Of a stretch of DNA of 64,000 bases, positions 51,919-64,000 are shown in pieces. Location of the stretch: NCBI RefSeq assembly GCF_006345805.1, contig NC_042997.1, positions 49,848,001-49,912,000 on the forward strand, written 5' to 3'. Both the position numbers and the translations under genes were made by a program. The notes beneath the pieces were generated by a model. That model was not told the origin of the DNA and searched no databases. It saw nothing but the letters and a program-made list of their open reading frames with translations. Every line of letters starts with the position of its first letter. The stretch's first letter is position 1. Source of the DNA: Octopus sinensis (lineage: Eukaryota).

Positions 51919-52077
51919 CTGATTTTTATATTTTATATATTATATATGTAAAGCATAATATGTTATACATATATGTATATTGTTATAATTGTCCTTTTAT
52001 TAAATAAATAAATTGACATAATATAATGTCTAAAAGTTGATGAATGCCACCTATTGATCCCCTCCATTTTCTTATTT

Positions 52078-52122
<45 letters not shown>

Positions 52123-52494
52123 TCATCACCATCGTTAACATCAGCTTTCCATGCTGGCATGGGTTAAACGTTTTGACTGAGGGGTGGTAAGCCAGAAGGC
52201 TGCACCAGGTCCCAGTCTGATTTGGCAAAGTTTCTACAGCTGGATGCCCTTCCTAATGCCAGCCACTCTGAGAGTGTAGTGGGTGCTTTTTACGTGCCAC
52301 TGGCATGAGGGCCAGTTAGGCAGTACTAGCATCGACCATGTGTTGATGGGTAAATCACATGGAAATTACTTCTTTCTTGTTGCCTACTCCTGGTGGATCA
52401 CTTAAAACCCATTGCTTTCTCATTGCTTACTCCCATCTCATAGATGAACTTGAAGTAGAATATTAATGAAAATACTTTGTTCCGTTCCCGTCTA

Positions 52495-53722
52495 TCAGGT
52501 CATCCCATAAGTTCTGTCCGAATTTTGAATAAAGAAAACAAGTGATCAAATGTAATATTTAATTGAAATTTAATCATCAATGTACTTACCCTGATTATCT
52601 GTGACTTTCTTTCATCTATTTACAACCTTTTTAATCCCATCAATGTAAAACTCTTTTGGTTTCAAAGCGAAGAACTCTGAAATGTCAGTTTCGACTTCTT
52701 CCTGTCTTGCGATAGTTATGCCCCCCAAATGATTCTGTAAAATACAAAACAAATGGTAGTCTGAGGGAGCATGGTCGGGAGAATGAGGTGGATGAGGAAT
52801 TTTTTCCCAATCAAGCTCTTCGATCTTCTGTGATGTGATCTTTGCAGTGTGGGGCCGCGCATGGTCCTGATGAAACATCACTCCTTTTCGATTCACTAAG
52901 GCGGGTCTTTTTTTTTCTTCAAAGCTTGGTTCAAGCACTCTAATTGTTGACAGTAGACTTGAGCATTGACTGTTGCATTAGGTGGTAACAATTCAAAGTG
53001 AATTACTCCTTTGCAATCCCACCAGATAGAGAGAAGAACCTTTTTTCATGAAGTTCCCTCCTCGGTTGTAGTTGAGCTTTTTCCCTTTTACCAAGTCACT
53101 GTTTACAATGTTTAACATTTCAATAGAAGATCCATTTTCCATCATAAGTCTATCCAAAAAGGTTGAAATGAGTTCACAAGAATAGAGAGAAGAGCAGATG
53201 TCAACTTGGGATTTGCGGTTGCTCTCAGACAATTCATGAGGCACCCATTTTCTAAGTTTAGGAACCTTTCCAAGTTGTTGAAGATGACGATGAACAGTTG
53301 TATGGTTTGAACTAAGCTTTATTGCCAATTCTTCAACTGATAATGCAGGATTTTCTTCAAATGTTTCAAGGAACTTATCAAACTCAACTGGGCGTCCAGT
53401 TTGATCTTCATCTTCAAGGCTGAAATCTCCACTTCTGAATTTTGCAAACCATCTTCTGCAAGTTCTTTCATTCAAGCATTCTTTCCCATAAACTGAGTGT
53501 ATGTTTCGAGTAGCTTGGGCTGCAGAGTCTCCTTTTTTGTACTCATAAAGCATTATGTTCCTCAAATGCTCTTTGGATACTTCCATGTTAGAAAAGGTTT
53601 TAATCGAAGAAATTTTAATTCTATTTTCTGTAAAATAATATTTGATTAGTTTAAATGTTCACAAATGCATAAAAATAATTTTAAAAAAGGTAAAATCAGA
53701 CAGAACTTATGGGATGACCTGA
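52495..53722 (-). mobile_element. Near full-length mariner (D,D34D-type) with frameshifted transposase
   Basis: TIRs TCAGGTCATCCCATAAGTTCTGTC with TA TSDs; ORFs 52993-53586 (HTH, WVPHEL) and 52612-52938 (HQDHARPH, HPPHSPDHAPSDYHLF). Confidence 0.95.
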
Positions 53723-55479
53723 TAGATCCATGTTACCTTTGCTTATCTGTTGTTGATAAAATGAGTACCGGGGCCAATATAATCATCTGTGTCCTTGAAT
53801 GTGATGCCCTAGCATGGTCTTGGTTCAATATCCTGAGAATAGTAACTGAATAAAAATAAATATTCCTGTGTTATGGCAATAGCTAGTCTGTTTGAAATAT
53901 GTGATGTATTTATTTGCAATTAGGTGAACTGAACTAACAACATGAAACTAATTGAACTATTTATTGGCATTGTTGACAAACTGTCCACCTTCTGGTCAAT
54001 AATTTGACACCCTATCAATCTGGTCAACTGGTTTCTTTGTTTACTTTTATTAATTTTGTTTGAGATTCGATTGGTTTTCTTTTCATTGACATAACTTTTT
54101 TGTCAGTGTTGTTTCAGATATTATGTATTTGTATTGTTAGAAAAGATTATCTAAGTCAAGGTTCACAGGTACAACATCTTTCAGATCTGTTTGTGTAATA
54201 TATTACATTCTGGTCAAGGTTATTGTAATGTCATGCATTTATAAATAATTGTAAAAACCTTAATTGTACTTTTATAATGATTCAAAGGATAGAAAAGCAG
54301 GTTTAAATCTTATTTTGCTGTTGAGATTTCCCTCACTAATAATTGGTTTCAAATTTTGGAACAAGTCCGTCAGTTTTTGAGGGGAGAGGAAAGTTGATTA
54401 CATTGATCCTAGTATTTGACTATTTCTTATTTTATCAACCCTGAAAGAATAAAATGCAAAGTCAACCCCAGCAGATTTGAACTCAGGACATAAAGGCAGA
54501 TGAAATGCTGCTAAGCATTTTGTCTGCTGTTCTAACGGTTCTGCCAGCTCATTGCCTTATTTCCCTTTACTAATAATTCTTTCTCTTTTGGTACAAGGCC
54601 TGAAATTTTGAGGGAGGGAACTAGTTGATTATATCAACCACCCCACTTCCCCATTGTTTCACTGGTACTTAATTTATTGACCCCGAAAGGATGAAAGGCA
54701 AAGTCGACCTCAGTGGAATTTGAACTCAGAACGTAGAGGCAGGTGAAATACCTATTTCTTTACTACTCACGAGGGGACAAACAAGGACAGAAAAATGGAT
54801 TAAGTCTATTACATCGACCCCAGTGTGTAACTGGTACTTAATTTATCGACCCTGAAAGGATGAAAGGCAAAATCGACCTCAGTGGAATTTGAACTCAGAA
54901 TGTAGACGCAGGCGAAATACTGCTAACCATTTCATCCAGCATGCTAACAATTCTGCCAGCTCACTGCCTTTTCCCCTACTAATAATGATATAATTAACTC
55001 CTGTTTGACATTAAGAGACACAACTGTGTGCATGTGTGGTAAATTTAATGTTTCTCCCATCTTTTAACATCACCACTAGACTCTTCAGAAGTTTGTTGAT
55101 AAAGATAAAAACCAATAGTTATTTTGCTGTGAGGAATTAAAATCTTCAGCATGTTGGAGACAGGTAATATGTCAATAGCAAAGTCATCTTAGTAACTGAG
55201 ATATTGGCATACATATATTTTATTTTTAAGGTGGCGAGCTGGCAGAAACATTAGTGCGCTGGGCGAAATGCTTTGCGGTATTTCGTCTGCTGTTATGTTC
55301 TAAGTTCAAATTCTGCCGACGTCGACTTTGCTTTTCATCCTTTCGGGGTCAATAAATAAAGTACCAGTTACGCACTGGGGTTGATGTAATCGACTTAATC
55401 CCTTTGTCTGTCTTATCCCCTTGTGGGCAATAAAGAAATATACATATATTTTATTTCCTCATCTGGAAAGAGCAAATGT

Positions 55480-56165
55480 TCAACAACACAAGTAATTTAT
55501 GGCTATTTTCCCTACTAAAGCAAGGGCCAACCTTGCAAGAACCCTAATTTTCTCTATTTTGCGTTATTCTATTCTTGTTCCTATTTCTTTCTCTATCATC
55601 TTCAGTAATGCCTGTCTTGGTCTTCCCCATCCATTTCTCTTTACAGCATCAATCACAAGCTCAATTCCCATCTGTTTCTGCCAATCATTGTTTACCTTCT
55701 TTTCATTCAGTGATTTTCTCTGTTCATTTCACTTGCCTTCAACCATCTCATTCTTTCCCTTCAGTTTTTACAATACACTTTTCTTCTGCAGCACCCCAGC
55801 AGGTGCCTAGAACTTCTTCCTTTGCATCTCATTTTAGCCACTGTCACTGAGTCTGATCCAACATTTCCATTCAACATGTCTCTCATCATCATCGTTTAAC
55901 GTCCGCTTTCCATGCTAGCATAGGTTGGACGATTTTGACTGAGGGCTGGCAAACCAGATGGCTGCACCAGGCTCCAAAATACATTTTACACCTTCTGTTG
56001 TCATACTATTTCCAAGATTTTGCTCAACACCAGATGTTTCTCTTCCCAGCATAAATCCAAACTGTATTTAATTGATCTTTACCTTCATTCTTATTTACTA
56101 CTCTATCACTTTATTCCTGTATTTTCTTCCCATGCTCTAATAACTTAATAGCTCTACATGACCAT
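55480..56165 (-). mobile_element. Old RTE RT remnant
   Basis: Minus-strand CRAIKLLEHG and a QFGFML-like motif. Confidence 0.5.
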
Positions 56166-56241
56166 ATGAACATAGTAGATCTGAAGCATTGAATTTTTCA
56201 CTCCTCGCAAACTAATTACTGTAATTTATTTTTATTTCTCT

Positions 56242-56516
56242 TACTCTCTCTTTTATTCTTTTACTTGTTTCAGTCATTTGACTGCGGCCATGCTGGAGCA
56301 CCGCCTTTAATCAAGCAACTCGACCCCGGGACTTATTCTTTGTAAGCCCAGTACTTATTCTATCGGTCTCTTTTTGCCCAACCGCTAAGTGACGGGGACG
56401 TAAACACACCAGCATCGGTTGTCAAGCAATGCTAGGGGGACAAACACAGACACACAAACACACACACATACATATATATATATATCATCATCATCATCAT
56501 ACGTCCGTTTTCCGCG

Positions 56517-56551
<35 letters not shown>

Positions 56552-57872
56552 ATATATATATATTATACTGCCATGTAGCATGGCTGTTCGTACACACGCA
56601 TCATACAGTCTGCCTTTCACTCTCTACTGGTGACAAAAGGCCTCTCGCACAGAGTGAAAGGCAGACTGTATGATGCGTGTGTATGAACAGCCATGCTACA
56701 TGGCAGTGAAACATGGGCCGTGACTGCTGAGGATATGCGTAAGCTCGCTAGAAATGAAGCCAGTATGCTCCAATGGATGTGTAATGCCGGTACTCACACT
56801 CGGCAGAGTGTAAGTACCTTGAGAGAAAAGCTGGACCTAAGAAGCATCAGTTGTGGTGTGCAAGAGAGACGTTTGCGCTGGTATGGTCATGTGGCGAGAA
56901 TGGATGAAGATAGTTGTGTGAAAAAGTGCCACACCCTAGCGGTTGAGGGAACCTGTGGAAGAGGCAGACCCAGGAAAACCTGGGACGAGGTGGTGAAGCA
57001 CGACCTTCGAACTTTAGGTCTCACTGAGGAAATGACTAGAGACCGAGACCTCTGGAAGTGTGCTGTGCGCGAGAAGACCCGGCAGGACAAGTGAGTCCAT
57101 AACTCGTGGCCTTCTACATGGGATGGAGCCAGCCTACGTATGCATACCTTCCCTTCTTGGGACACAAAACTCTACTTGTGAAGACGTGATGAGGCAAGTG
57201 AGGATCAGAATCGAAATCGATCAATGGAAATTGCGGATGTGCTACCAGTGCCGGTGGCATGTCAAAACTCTGCTTGTGAAGACCCGTTGAGGCAAGTGAC
57301 GATCAGAATCGAAATCGATCAATGGAAATCGATCAATGGAAATTGCAGATGTGTTACCAGTGCCGGTGGCATGTAAGAGAACTTTCCGTTTCGCGACCGT
57401 TGCCAGCACCGCCCCGTTTCGTGTCCGTTGCCAGCCTCGCCTGGCCCTCGTGCCGGTGGCACATAAAAAGCACCATCCGTTCGTGGCCGTTTGCCAGCTC
57501 TGTCTGGCACCAGTGCGGGTGGCACGTAAAAAGCACCCACTACACTCACGGAGTGGTTGGCGTTAGGAAGGGCATCCAGCCGTAGAAACACTGCCAGATT
57601 TGACTGGGCCTGATGAAGCCTTCTGGCTTCACAGACGCCAGTAGAACCGTCCAACCCATGCTAGCATGGAAAACGGACGCTAAACGATGATGATGATGAT
57701 GATGATGACACGACAGGCTTCTTTCAGTTTCCGTCTACCAAATCCACTCACAAGGCATTGGTCGGCCCGGGGCTATAGCAGAAGACACTTGCCCAAGATG
57801 CCATGCAGTGGGACTGAACCCGGAACCATGTGGCTGGTTAGCAAGCTACTTATCACACAGCCACTCCTGCGC
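56242..57872 (-). mobile_element. SINE family A interrupted in its (TA)n tract by an RTE insertion
   Basis: Tail half at 56242-56480 and head half at 57709-57872. Confidence 0.85.
56624..57707 (+). mobile_element. Young 5'-truncated RTE LINE (ORF C-terminus, repetitive 3' UTR, (GAT)n tail)
   Basis: Uninterrupted MLHGSETWAV...ERRLRWYGHVARM...GRGRPRKTW (56693-57094). The 3' UTR has a ~98-bp duplication and GTGCCGGTGGCA units. Confidence 0.92.
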
Positions 57873-59399
57873 TTACAAATTTATATTGATTAACTTTTAC
57901 CACTGCAGACCACTGCTAGTTTCCTTGGTTTCAAGATCTTAGATAACTCTTTAGTAGAGTCTCCTATATTGCTATTTCAACACCCCTTGCAAGGTACCCA
58001 TGCTAACTGTTACAGGATGGTGGATTGGCAGAATTGTTAGAGCATCAGATAAAATGCCTTGTGGTGTTTGCTAGCACTTCATTCTGAGTTCAGATCTTTT
58101 TTAAGGTTGACTTTTCTTCACCTGGGGTTGATAAAATTAAGTACCACTTAAATACTGGGGTTGATATAGTTCTCTGTTCCTTGTCCATAAATTTCTAGAC
58201 TTGTGTCTACATAACAAATTAGTTTAACAATCTTTGATATGAGATGCTTTTTACAATTCAGCATCATTTAAAGTCTTTCATAATCATTTAACATTCACTT
58301 TTCCATTGGAATGTATTCAAGGTGGATTTTCTACAGATGGATGCTTTTCCTGCCGTCAACCTTTCACTGCTTCTAAACAAGAATATATTTCCCCTTTAGC
58401 CAGACATGTTCTTACAGAACATTGGAAATGAATGACACTGCTTGTATGACAGTGACACTCAATTACAATTATCATGCAATATCAAGACATGGGGACACAG
58501 ACAGACAGACAGACACACAATGGCCTTCTTTCAGTTTCCATCTACCAAATCTACTGACCCCTTTGGTGGTCTTGAGGTTATAGAAGGAAATACCTGGCCA
58601 AGGTGTCATACAAATTTGTTTTAATGAGGAGATAACCTGGTCATGTTTATTCAGTTTCAGCCCTGCCATGACCATCTCAACATGATTTTAGTCAGTGTGA
58701 CAAGGACTGTATAATTCCATTTTGTTTTTGTTTTGTTTTTGGTAGGGGTAGATATGACCACAATATATAGCAGGTTGATAACCATGTAAAAGCCTCACCA
58801 ATAGACTCAAATTTATGATAATTTAGCCTGATATCAAATGTAAGAATAGTGATGAGAGTAAAGACAGATGTTTTTCATTCTCTGAATACCATTCCATGCA
58901 ACACTGCATGTGGGTTAGTTTGTGCCTAACATATTATATAGTGTCTTCAGACAGTTTTTATAACATGCTGCATGAGAGAAGCTTTCTAGTCTCTAGCTTA
59001 ATCCTCCTCCATTTCTTGGAGGAAGAGGGTGCTGTGAGCCATTCCTCATGACCTCATTTTAGTGCAGTGAATTTGATTCTGTGAGAGTTAAAAGGAAGAA
59101 GAATCAACTTTAGATTTTGGCTGGTATTTTATTTATAGATTCTGCAGGGATGAAAAGTAGGGTTGACATGTGCAGAATTTTAATACAGAATGCCAGGAAC
59201 CAGAATAATTACTGCAAGGCTTTTGTTTGATGTTTTAACGAATAAGCCAAATTACTGCATTAAAGATAATAGTGCCCAAGACTATATGTATCACAATGTT
59301 TAGTTTCAACTCTCTTAGTTACAATAGTGCCAGAGCCAATTTTATTTTTCCTTCCTTGAGTCATAGCCCAAGGTCAGCTCTGAGATAAGCAGATTTATC

Positions 59400-59790
59400 A
59401 TCATCATCATCATCATCATCATTGTTTAGCGTCCGCTTTCCATGCTAGCATGGGTTGGACAGTTCAACTGGGGTCTGGGAAGCCAGAAGGCTGCACCAGG
59501 CCCAGTCTGATCTGGCAATGTTTCTACAGCTGGATGCCCTTCCTAATGCCAACCACTCCGTGAGTGTAGTGGGTACTTTTTACGTGCCACCGACACAGAT
59601 GCCAGATGAGGTTGGCAAACGGCTACGATCGGATGGTGCTTTTTACGTGCCACCAGCACGGAGGCCAGTCGGGGTTGCGCTGGCAACGGCCACGTTTGGA
59701 TGGTTCTCTGACATGCCCCCGGCACTGGTATCACAGTTACAATTTCCATTGATGTTGATCGATTTTGATTTTAATTATGATTATGATTAA
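59400..59790 (-). mobile_element. RTE-related 3' end / family C
   Basis: Reverse complement of 57320-57707-type sequence; further copies at 52120-52340, 62540-62895 and 63835-64000. Confidence 0.85.
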
Positions 59791-60472
59791 AGATATTTAT
59801 AATTAAAGATATTTCAGCCATAACCACCTTATTATTTATTCAGACTTGGTGTATCAGGATCTGCATTATCCAACGAGTAGGGTTTTGTATGGAGATTTGA
59901 TTTATATATCCAGCAGATTGATTGGCCTGAAAGGTGTGGTCTAATTTGTTTGAATGATTTCAGTAATATGAAGGAATTGAATCAAAAGGTTATGTTCCTT
60001 CTCATGCAAAAACAATAACTTTTTGCCGAATGAAGAAACAAACATAGCAGTGTGGCCAATCAATATTGGATTCCTTTACCATATTTAGTGCAATTATAGT
60101 TTCCAAAAGACATCCACTTTAGCAGATCAATAATCAATTGAACTAGCTTCGAATAATACACTATTTATACAAATCAGGTTTTCCAATTTAGTGAAGTCCC
60201 TAATTGAGACTACACACACACACACTGTCTTTGTCAGTAAATCACAGTTGGGTTTACAGCTCCTGATGAACATCCTACATAGTACTAAAGATGGCTGAAC
60301 TGATTCCTTATTCTTTGCTCTAGAGATATTATATATGTATGTTTACATTTGCACTGCATGTGCTGGCTAAACCTCGTACTTCTACAGTAGTGTAACATCA
60401 TACATTTATTCATATATTTAGTTTTCTGTCTTTTGGTGACAACTTCAACTTCTAAGATCAATAATAAAATCA

Positions 60473-62148
60473 CAGGAGTGGGTGTGTGGTAAGTAGCTTG
60501 CTAACCAACCACATGGTTCCGGGTTCACTCTCACTGCATGGCATCTTGGGCAAGTGTCTTCTGCTATAGCCCCGGGCTGACCAATGCCTTGTGAGTGGAT
60601 TTGGTAGACGGAAACTGAAAGAAACCTGTCGTATATATGTGTATATATAATATAAGTATGTGTGTATATGTTTGTGTGTCTGTGTTTGTCCCCCTAGCAT
60701 TGCTTGACAACCGATGCTGGTGTGTTTACGTCCCCGTCACTTAGCGGTTCGGCAAAAACAGACCGATAGAATAAGTACTAGGCTTACAAAGAATAAGTCC
60801 CGGGGTCGATTTGGTCGACTAAAGGCGGTGCTCCAGCATGGCCGCAGTCAAATGACTGAAACAAGTAAAAGAGTAAAAGAGTAAGAGAGAGAATAATACA
60901 CTAGGACCTATTGTAATTAGCTGCATACTCCTTAATTAGAAAATATAGTTTCATGCTTTTCTTTTGTTTCAGTCATTTGACTGTGACCATGCTGGAGCAC
61001 TGCAACATGGTCAAACAAATCAACCCCGGGACTTATTCTTTGTAAGCCTAGTATGTATTCTATCGGTTACTTTTGCTGAACCGCTAAGTTACGGGAACGT
61101 AAACACACCATCAGTTGTCAAGCGATAGTAGGGGTACAAACACAGAAACACACACACGACTCCGTCTACCAAATCCACTCACAAGACTTTGTCAGCCCAA
61201 GGCTATAGTAAAAGACACTTGCCTGAGGTACCATGCAGTGGGACTGAATCCGGAACCATGTGGCTGGTAAGCTAACTACTTACCACACAGCCACTCCTGC
61301 ACCTATATAAAAAAAAAATTAGAAAAAAAAAAACGAGAAAAGAAATTCCAGTTTTATGGTAATCTGCAGTCTTAGTCCCCCTGATAAATAACTGAATCAT
61401 TACTATCTATCCATTGATAGAGGGAGGGTTTCACTCTCCAGTTTGCTATTACCTATTATTACCTAAACCTAGGGTCTTTCATCTTATGTAGAAGATCCTA
61501 ATTTACCATTATCTCTTAATGTCCATGTTTCTATACAGGCCTGTGTTAGATATATTTGTATTGAAATATATTGAAATTCGTCTCAATTCTGTATCATTTT
61601 GTCCACGAGGCCCAATATTCAGATTTATTCTTTGTTGTTGTCTGTTTTGCGAATGTTTGTGCATGGTATCAGGATTTTCACCTATGTTAGTCAGTGTAGA
61701 TTACAAAGACAGGACAAGGGCTCTCATAAACTGAGGAAAAGTTGCTACTAGGTGTAGGAGTGGCTGTGTGGTAAGTAGCTTGCTCACGAACCACATGGTT
61801 CCGGGTTCAGTCCCACTGCGTGGCACATTGGGCAAGTGTCTTCTGCTATAGCCTCGGGCTGACCAAAGCCTTGTGAGTGGATTTGGCAGATGGAAACTGA
61901 AAGAAGCCCGTCGTATATATGTATGTATATATATGTTTGTGTGTCTGTGTTTGTTCTCCCAACATCGCTTGACAATCAATGCTGGTGTGTTTACGTCCCC
62001 GTAACTTAGCGGTTCGGCAAAAGGGACTGATAGAATAAGTACTAGGCTCACAAAGAATAAGTCCTGGTGTCGATTTGCTCGATTAAAGGTAGTGTTCCAG
62101 CATGGCCACAGTCACATGACTGAAACAAGTAAAAGAGAATAAAAGAGA
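60473..62148. mobile_element. Three SINE family A copies in alternating orientation (+ 60473-60890, - 60960-61305, + 61749-62148)
   Basis: Family match. Confidence 0.9.
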
Positions 62149-62206
62149 AAAATCATTTTGGATTCAGCTTCATCATAGAAAAAGGTGTGTTTTGGCCTTT
62201 TATAAC

Positions 62207-62239
<33 letters not shown>

Positions 62240-64000
62240 TAATCAATTGCTTTGTTCTCACTAACCCCATCAACAGCAGAGGCAGCGACCTCAGCAGTAT
62301 CATTATTGTTGCTATTGCTTTAGGTCCATAATGGTCATTGCTCAGATGCCGAATGGGTCAGTTAGGATTACTACAATATTAATCACTTGAAGGACAACTG
62401 GGCAATGTGGTTTTAGATATATAAAAAAGAAGGCCTAGTCACAGCTGGACCTGGTTAGTTAATCAGGTTGTTATTATTATTTAGCCCTAGATCAGTCTTG
62501 GTTCAGTTGTGGCCATCCTTCCTTTATAAATCTAAAACAACATCATCATCATCATCATATGTGTAAGATCCACTTTTCATGCTAGCATGGGTTGGACAGT
62601 TTGACTGAGGACTGGCGAACCAGATGGCTGCACCATGCTCCAATCTTGATCTGGCAGAGTTTCTACCACTGGATGCCCTTCCTAACGCCAACCACTCCGA
62701 GAGTTTAGTGGGTACTTTTACGTGCCACTGGCATGAGGGCCAGTCAGGTGGTACTGGCAACGGCCACGAAAAATCGCGTTTTTTTTTTAACGTGTCACCT
62801 GCACACCGGCACAAGTGCCAGTAAGGCGGCACTGGTGACAATCACGCTCGATTGGTGCTTTTTATGTGCCACCAGCACGAACGCCAGTTAGCCAACATTA
62901 CCTAATATATCCTTCCTTAGAGAGTAGGGTGTGGTTTGAGGCTGCTATTTCTAGCAGGTTGAGTGACTGTATAGTCTTTTATATTGGCTCATAATTAATG
63001 AGTTAGTTCAAGAAGCTCTTATCTATAGTGACTGGCACGACAGGATCAGCAATAATAAATACAGAAGTTAAGGGGAGAGGAGAATTGCAACTGCTTTAAA
63101 TTGATGGATCAGATTATGAATGTAGTTAGGAAAGTCACTAAGAAATTAATACAAACATACTTGAGCTGAAAGTAATACAGTATAAGTTTGTGTTACGACT
63201 TGGAACCAAAGAGGTTAAATTTTTAGTAAAATCTCTACAAAAGAAGCTTTTAACCTGAAAGAAAAGAGCTCTAAATTACAGTTATTGATGGATAGAAAGC
63301 ATTTGGCAAGGTGACAAAGTTCCATCTTTTGTCGTTTGGTGACTGAAAGCGCAGATGAATACCTTGTGAGAGATGTTGAAGCTATTTATAAAGATGTAAA
63401 CAAGCAGTGATTTCATTGAGACACTTTATATATAGGTGAGGATATAATGGGTTAATGTGTATTTCTCTGTTCTTTTCAAAGGCCCTGAGCAAATTTTCGT
63501 GGGTTTCTGACTTTGTTTTATAAGTTTTCCTATTCTGGGAGTTTAATCCTCATTGGAGGAATACAGCAGAGTTTGTGTTTACAAAAATGTGCTCTAGGAT
63601 TTCTGGAGACTTGGGAGAGAATGGACATTCAAGTGCATAGAGTTGTTGACAGCCTTAGTAAAAGGCATCTGAAAATGTAGGGCTTCCCTAGAGAATTGAG
63701 TGAGCGAAGATTCAAAGGATCCAATATGTGCTGTTTTGCAAATTTATGTAGCTCATGCCAGTAGGGAAAATGATTCTCAAGTGTTCATGAGAATCATTTT
63801 CCATCTAAAGTCTTTTCATATTTTTAGTTCTTACTTGACTGGCTTCTGTGCCGGTGGCACATAAAAAGCACCAACAGATCGTGGCCGATGCCAGACCCCT
63901 CGGGCACCTGTGCAGGTGGCACGTAAAAAGCACCCACTACACTCACGGAGTGGTTGGTGTTAGGAAGGGCATCCAGCTGTAGAAACACTGCCAGATCAGA

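Noticed and set aside
52612-53586. Possible SETMAR-like domesticated gene
   Set aside because: No SET domain; frameshifted transposase between TIRs with TA TSDs.
63050-63780. Possible WDR45B exon 2 or other coding exon
   Set aside because: No matching peptide; only faint AFGKV and HRVV-like traces of an old CR1-type LINE.

Overview
AT-rich, microsatellite-dense animal genomic DNA. The SINE, LINE and DNA-transposon repertoire looks like a cephalopod (Octopus-like) genome; this is an inference from family motifs. Almost all ORFs in the supplied track are microsatellite or TE noise. The only host gene I can support is the first coding exon of a WDR45B/WIPI3 orthologue (38601-38667, +), which the ORF track misses. 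It has a ZNF143- and ETS-like promoter and a first intron that appears to run past the window end. The rest is TE debris: three tRNA-derived SINE families, RTE, CR1/L2, R4/Dong and Penelope-like retroelement remnants, a solo LTR, Tc1/mariner/maT, hAT, piggyBac and Helitron-like elements, and a short 28S rRNA fragment. The most striking signal is a set of unrelated short non-coding elements, several inside (TA)n tracts or fold-back repeats. They carry minimal type I hammerhead-ribozyme motifs with palindromic helix III, and one (1454-1545, minus strand) has an intact catalytic core. A Penelope GIY-YIG remnant in the window is a candidate mobilising partner. All structures and identities were judged by eye; nothing was computed.
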